Virus record (IMG/VR): IMGVR_UViG_3300030108_006260
Location: 124,001 to 188,000 of that record
Direction: 5' to 3' (one strand)
Length of the DNA: 64,000 bases
This document shows, one piece after another, positions 60,003 through 64,000 of this stretch. The notes under the pieces were generated by a model, which was given only the letters and a program-made list of their open reading frames with translations, did no database searches and was not told the DNA's origin. Every line of letters begins with the position of its first letter. The stretch's first letter is position 1. A program made the translations under genes and the position numbers.

Positions 60003-61313
60003 CTACACAGCAGTTACTTCTTTTGCTTTAGTCTTTCTTTTACGCTTAGGGGTGCGATCACTACCCTCATTATCGCTTTCTTCCTCGTCAGAGGAAGAAG
60101 AGGAGTAATCTTTAGAAAAAGAGGAGTCACTAAACTGCTCGAATATGTTTTCCTCATCCTCTGACGCCTCAAGGTCTACCTCATCGTACAGAGATGCCCA
60201 GTCGTTTGCCTTAAAGAACAAGTCAAAAGCTTTACCTGAAATAAGCTGGCTCCTGCACAGCTCACGAAACTCATTTGTGGCAAATAAAGGAAGTATGTCC
60301 TTCTCATAGTGGTTTTTATTGTTCCATTCAAACTCACCAGGAACATCAAGAGATAGAGATCTATATTTTCCTGCCCTTACGAACTGACCAGTCATCTCAA
60401 GATATCCCTTTGTGTCTCGAACCCTCTCAAATCCACGACCAAAAGCTACACAAAGAGTGTCCTTTATATCCAAGAATGGAACAAATTGTTTATTCTTCTT
60501 GGTAGAGATATTGATGAACCGCATTGAACGTCTTCTTTCTTCAAAGACCTTTCCTACAGCACTCATTCTAACCTGAAGATCGGGATAAAACCCTACAGCC
60601 TGTCCTCCCGGCTGGTACTCAGGGTTTCCGAATAACTGACCAGGGTTTAGGCGTAGCTGATTTGTAGCAAACCAGCTAACGTTTTTTCTTCCAAGCTTGG
60701 TCTTGATAAGCGGCATATACTGAGAATGAACCGAAGCGCTTACGGCACGTCTACCATCAGTATCATCTATCTCATATGCCTCTGGCAACATAGCTGCCAA
60801 ACTATCAACAATGAATAGTGCCTGAGGCTTAGGTCTCGATCCGTCCTCATTAGGGTCGTAGTCAGGTAGAGCCCTCAAAAGCCTAGCCATCATTCGATAG
60901 GATGCCTCCCCCGTAGTGGGCTGGAAATAGTTAAAGTACGGGTTCTTTTTACCGTCGTTTGTTCTTATGCGAACACCTATGCTTCGCAGGTACTTAGAGT
61001 CAGCACTTGCTTCATGATCAAAGACAAAAACAGGTACTTTCTCTTCTAAAGCTGATGCGATCAAATGGTAGCTCAAGGTGCTTTTTGCGGATCCCTGAGG
61101 TCCATAAGCAACAGTGAACTTACCCGGAGGAAGACCTCCTCCGGTAATAAGATCCATTATCAAAGATCCCATGGACAATGATCCAGCAACAAAGGATCCA
61201 CGGTCCAAGTTAACAGGGGGATTGTCAAGACCGGGCCCCAGCCTTTCTGCTAAAGCAGCTAGCTCTATGGGGTCACTTACGAACTCTTGTTCTGGTTTTT
61301 TCTTTTTAGCCAT
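60003..61313 (-). CDS. recA: RecA/UvsX recombinase
   Basis: MDLITGGGLPPGK, Walker A YGPQGSAKST, DHE, Walker B FIVDSLAAM, TNQLR, GGQAVGFY. Confidence 0.93.
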   Translation of the reverse strand: MAKKKKPEQEFVSDPIELAALAERLGPGLDNPPVNLDRGSFVAGSLSMGSLIMDLITGGGLPPGKFTVAYGPQGSAKSTLSYHLIASALEEKVPVFVFDHEASADSKYLRSIGVRIRTNDGKKNPYFNYFQPTTGEASYRMMARLLRALPDYDPNEDGSRPKPQALFIVDSLAAMLPEAYEIDDTDGRRAVSASVHSQYMPLIKTKLGRKNVSWFATNQLRLNPGQLFGNPEYQPGGQAVGFYPDLQVRMSAVGKVFEERRRSMRFINISTKKNKQFVPFLDIKDTLCVAFGRGFERVRDTKGYLEMTGQFVRAGKYRSLSLDVPGEFEWNNKNHYEKDILPLFATNEFRELCRSQLISGKAFDLFFKANDWASLYDEVDLEASEDEENIFEQFSDSSFSKDYSSSSSDEEESDNEGSDRTPKRKRKTKAKEVTAV

Positions 61314-61314
61314 C

Positions 61315-63027
61315 TTATGATTCTTTTACACTTTCAGAAGGAAGTATTCGGCCCCTACTGTCGAAGCTAACGTCACAGGACCATTTGTTAGAAGGAGAAT
61401 ATGCTCTGGGGTAAGGGTCAACCCAAACCCTAAGTGGTTCATTTGAGGGAGACTTAAATGATGGCCGGAGAAAAGAAGATCTTATCTTTTTCAGGTAAGG
61501 GGAAAACATAGAAAACAAGTAAGAAGAGAAATCCACGTACGATAGTTCTCCAAGAAGTACCCTATCCAACTCCTCTTCTATCTCTGCATGAAAATCAGGG
61601 TCTATAAAATCAGGAAACACCTGTCTAAGAAATGTAACACATGCCTCTCCTTTAGGAGTTATTTGTATCAATCCTCTGGACATGGTCACCATGTCAAACT
61701 CTACTAGGGAATCTAATATAATAGAAACGTTGGACGGCCTTAGAATAAGGGAAGAGTCTAAGAAACCTACGACGTCAGATAGGGACGTACCAAACTTATA
61801 AGGAGTCTTAGTGTGTAGAGAAGACTCTAATATTCCCGTCTCTTCACAAGAAACAGGTATACTAGGTGAGCTAAACAAGAAGCTGCTTACCTTGTGCCAC
61901 CCCGGCTTTACAAGCTCAGTGCTAGTAGCCTCCACAATTAGGTCGCTACCTTCTAAAGGTCTATAGGTACAGATGTTTGTCTGAGTAATACTGGTGACCG
62001 ACTGAGACGCGAGGGCCCTAAACCATATGGAAGCGTATACGGTTCTGAGGTCACCCTTTATGCCTGAGGAAGAAGGAGTGATGGAAGGGTCTAAGGGAAA
62101 TAATCCAAAGTATCTATCGGATGCATCTCCTATGAAGTCAGCACCAGCGGTTTTGGTTATGAAAGACACTCCCTTATCAAAGGACTGAATGGACGTTTCT
62201 TTTGTTTCAAAGTCAGAGTTACCTACCAACTTACGTGTCATGAGAGACTCTAACAGACCTGCACTATATGAAGGAGAAAATCCGTACCTTGATGAAAGGA
62301 ACGAGCATAGAGAAACTAGCCCAAAGCAGGAGGGAGGATCCTCTGCACTCTTTACTTCTTGGTACTCAGGTGTACATGAGGACAATAATTCCATGGCTCT
62401 CTCTGCCTTATCCCTATCAGGGATAGGAGTAGATTCGGCCAAAGCGCCACTCTCAAGCAAAGAGGATATCTGATAGTCCACCGTAGACCTTGATAGTCTG
62501 GTGTTCTTGGCTAAGATAGAAAGAACTACACCGCTGTGTCTTTCCAGGGCAACAGTGCCTATCCTGGAGGAGACTTCTTTAGAGGTCACAACAGAGGATA
62601 GATTCTCAACAAGACGACAAGACAGATAGTATGAAACCAAGGAGGTAGAGACGTCTATATTCTCATAAGAGAGACCAGAAGAAAGGTCTCCCAATTTTAT
62701 TCTGTAGAAGGACGCACCACACTTGTTAGCCATAGATTCTACCCTAGAACTTATGAACTCTCCTAGGGGAGACCTATAAAAAGCTGAGTAGACTTTATCC
62801 CCTTCCGAGAAGGCGGAGGATAATCTAGAAAAAACACTAGAGTTAAGTATGCCTATCTTGGGCAGGAAGGATTTATCCTCTATTTTAAATGGCATTCCAT
62901 CAGAATGTAATCCCTCAAAAACACCATCTGTAGATAAAACAGACCATGAAGAAGGGTCCTCAAAGCGATCTATACAAGAGACTATTAAAGATGCTCTGGA
63001 GATGTTCTCTACTACTATGTAGTTCAC
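61315..63027 (-). CDS. topA: Type IA topoisomerase homologue lacking catalytic residues
   Basis: Colinear TopA motifs: YIVVEN, KVYSA...GEFIS, YASIWFRALASQ, LRPS, ITPKG...FPDFIDPDFHAEIEEELD. The DxDxE triad and the catalytic Tyr-x-Arg are absent. GTG start. Confidence 0.8.
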   Translation of the reverse strand: MNYIVVENISRASLIVSCIDRFEDPSSWSVLSTDGVFEGLHSDGMPFKIEDKSFLPKIGILNSSVFSRLSSAFSEGDKVYSAFYRSPLGEFISSRVESMANKCGASFYRIKLGDLSSGLSYENIDVSTSLVSYYLSCRLVENLSSVVTSKEVSSRIGTVALERHSGVVLSILAKNTRLSRSTVDYQISSLLESGALAESTPIPDRDKAERAMELLSSCTPEYQEVKSAEDPPSCFGLVSLCSFLSSRYGFSPSYSAGLLESLMTRKLVGNSDFETKETSIQSFDKGVSFITKTAGADFIGDASDRYFGLFPLDPSITPSSSGIKGDLRTVYASIWFRALASQSVTSITQTNICTYRPLEGSDLIVEATSTELVKPGWHKVSSFLFSSPSIPVSCEETGILESSLHTKTPYKFGTSLSDVVGFLDSSLILRPSNVSIILDSLVEFDMVTMSRGLIQITPKGEACVTFLRQVFPDFIDPDFHAEIEEELDRVLLGELSYVDFSSYLFSMFSPYLKKIRSSFLRPSFKSPSNEPLRVWVDPYPRAYSPSNKWSCDVSFDSRGRILPSESVKES

Positions 63028-63341
63028 GATACCTCCATAAGAGCCGATTCTGCAATCGAGGACGTAAGAATACCTTCTGACTTGAACTGTAGGTGACCTC
63101 CCCTAAATATACGTAGCTGGGGTACACGGACGCAACTAGTCTCTGGCAAACTGGATCCAAGCTCACTTGCTTCAGTAGACGCTACTAAATATCCAAGACC
63201 TGAAAATCTAGATTCGAACAAACTAAGAAGTGACAAAGACCTAGAACTCATAGAGTCGCCTGGTGTTACTAGTAGTAAAACTAAGGGTGTTTTAAGTCTA
63301 ACCAGAGCTGACGCTGAATCGTAAGTTAATTTGGTGATCAT
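63024..63341 (-). CDS. Thioredoxin-fold protein without CxxC
   Basis: PLVLLLVTPGDSMS at the WCGPC position; cis-Pro loop VPQLRIFRGG...EG; 105 aa. Confidence 0.65.
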   Translation of the reverse strand: MITKLTYDSASALVRLKTPLVLLLVTPGDSMSSRSLSLLSLFESRFSGLGYLVASTEASELGSSLPETSCVRVPQLRIFRGGHLQFKSEGILTSSIAESALMEVS

Positions 63342-63345
63342 AGCA

Positions 63346-63376
63346 AAAAGGGAAGGAGATAATCTCCTTCCCTTTT
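63346..63376 (-). terminator. Rho-independent terminator (perfect 15-bp arms) after the SSB gene
   Basis: AAAAGGGAAGGAGAT-A-ATCTCCTTCCCTTTT, with T runs on both strands. Confidence 0.85.
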
Positions 63377-63397
63377 ACACTAAGGCACTACTTTTTA

Positions 63398-64000
63398 TTA
63401 CAAATCGTCAAAGTCATCGAAGTCATCGTCGAAGTCGTCATCCATGTCGTCGACGGGAGGACTCTTTTTCTTTGTCTTCTTGGGAGGAGTATCCTCCTCA
63501 TCATCGTCGTCGAAGTCGTCGAAGTCATCATCGTCGTCTTCTTCTACAGGTTCGACCTTTTTAGGCTTTCGCCTCTTAGGTGAAGGAGGAACATCCTCTT
63601 CATCGTCCTCGTCGTCATCGTCCTCGTCGTCATCCTCTGGTTCAGGTTCAGGCTTTTTAGCCTTTCTCTTCTTCTTGGGGGATTTTTTAGCAGGAACGTC
63701 GTCGTCGTCATCATCATCTTCGTCATCAACAGAAACAGATGCCTTCTTCTTACTTGGAAGAACTACCGAAGAGTCAGGGCCCCCAGAAGAGTCCTCTCCT
63801 TCGAAGTAACCGTGGCGACGCAAATCCATTCTAATTTTATCAAGGTCAGGCTCCAGCCAGTACTCGCTGAAGTCAACTACCTCTAGGGACAGTTCGCTCT
63901 CATCAAGAGGAGCCCTATCACCCTTCTGTACTTGCCACTCGATCCCACCTCTCTTTTTAGAGTTCTGCTTCATAAGATGAATGTCGCATCCATTTTTCTT
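63398..64000 (-). CDS. gp32-like single-stranded DNA-binding protein, C-terminal part (5' end outside the window)
   Basis: The frame is open to the window edge (KKNGCDIHLMKQN...WQV...APL.E.EL...DF). Long acidic/basic tail ending DDFDDDFDDFDDL; upstream of the RecA module. Confidence 0.65.
   Translation of the reverse strand, partial: KKNGCDIHLMKQNSKKRGGIEWQVQKGDRAPLDESELSLEVVDFSEYWLEPDLDKIRMDLRRHGYFEGEDSSGGPDSSVVLPSKKKASVSVDDEDDDDDDDVPAKKSPKKKRKAKKPEPEPEDDDEDDDDEDDEEDVPPSPKRRKPKKVEPVEEDDDDDFDDFDDDDEEDTPPKKTKKKSPPVDDMDDDFDDDFDDFDDL

Noticed and set aside
63650-63690. SV40-like nuclear localisation signal (PKKKRK) implying a eukaryotic virus
   Set aside because: It lies in a low-complexity Lys tract, and the gene content and SD-type coupling are bacteriophage-like.
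63331-63809. + strand ORFs 63331-63564 and 63444-63809
   Set aside because: They are antisense readings of the low-complexity acidic SSB tail.
1-64000. Alternative genetic code (stop reassignment)
   Set aside because: Long ORFs are intact under code 11 and TAA, TAG and TGA all act as coupled stops. The only in-frame TGA candidate (18811) is in a decaying gene.
1-64000. tRNA or rRNA genes
   Set aside because: The few intergenic spaces show no cloverleaf or T-loop (GTTCGA) context by eye; a tRNAscan run would be needed to exclude them fully.

Overview
This is a 64-kb piece of a large (probably jumbo) tailed bacteriophage with a contractile tail. Essentially all real genes lie on the minus strand and are tightly coupled, and the + strand ORFs are shadows. 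In transcription order (right to left) there are four blocks. (1) A recombination/replication module: gp32-like SSB cut by the window edge, a CxxC-less thioredoxin fold, a topoisomerase IA homologue that has lost its catalytic residues, RecA/UvsX, SbcD/Mre11, a UvsY-like protein and an NDT-like protein. (2) A long virion-structure region: baseplate hub with an M23 peptidase, spike, gp25-like and J-like wedge proteins, an embedded Dps-like gene, several paralogous fibre/wedge proteins, holin/spanin-like membrane proteins and a modular long tail fibre. (3) A GC-rich (~60% vs ~45% in spot counts) adhesin cassette with five LamG-like domains and two frameshifted downstream genes. (4) An H1-like KKAT protein, a DUF1360-like protein, a SWIM-finger protein, more structural genes, a SNF2 helicase, and a family A DNA polymerase missed by the ORF track (1-4009, runs off the window). 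The polymerase carries an N-terminal UDG-4-like domain and a 434-aa LAGLIDADG intein. The best candidate for an undescribed system is a replication/recombination apparatus that uses apparently catalytically dead enzyme folds (Topo IA, thioredoxin, UDG) alongside an SSB with a long charge-blocked disordered tail. All family calls come from motif recognition by eye; no database searches were run.
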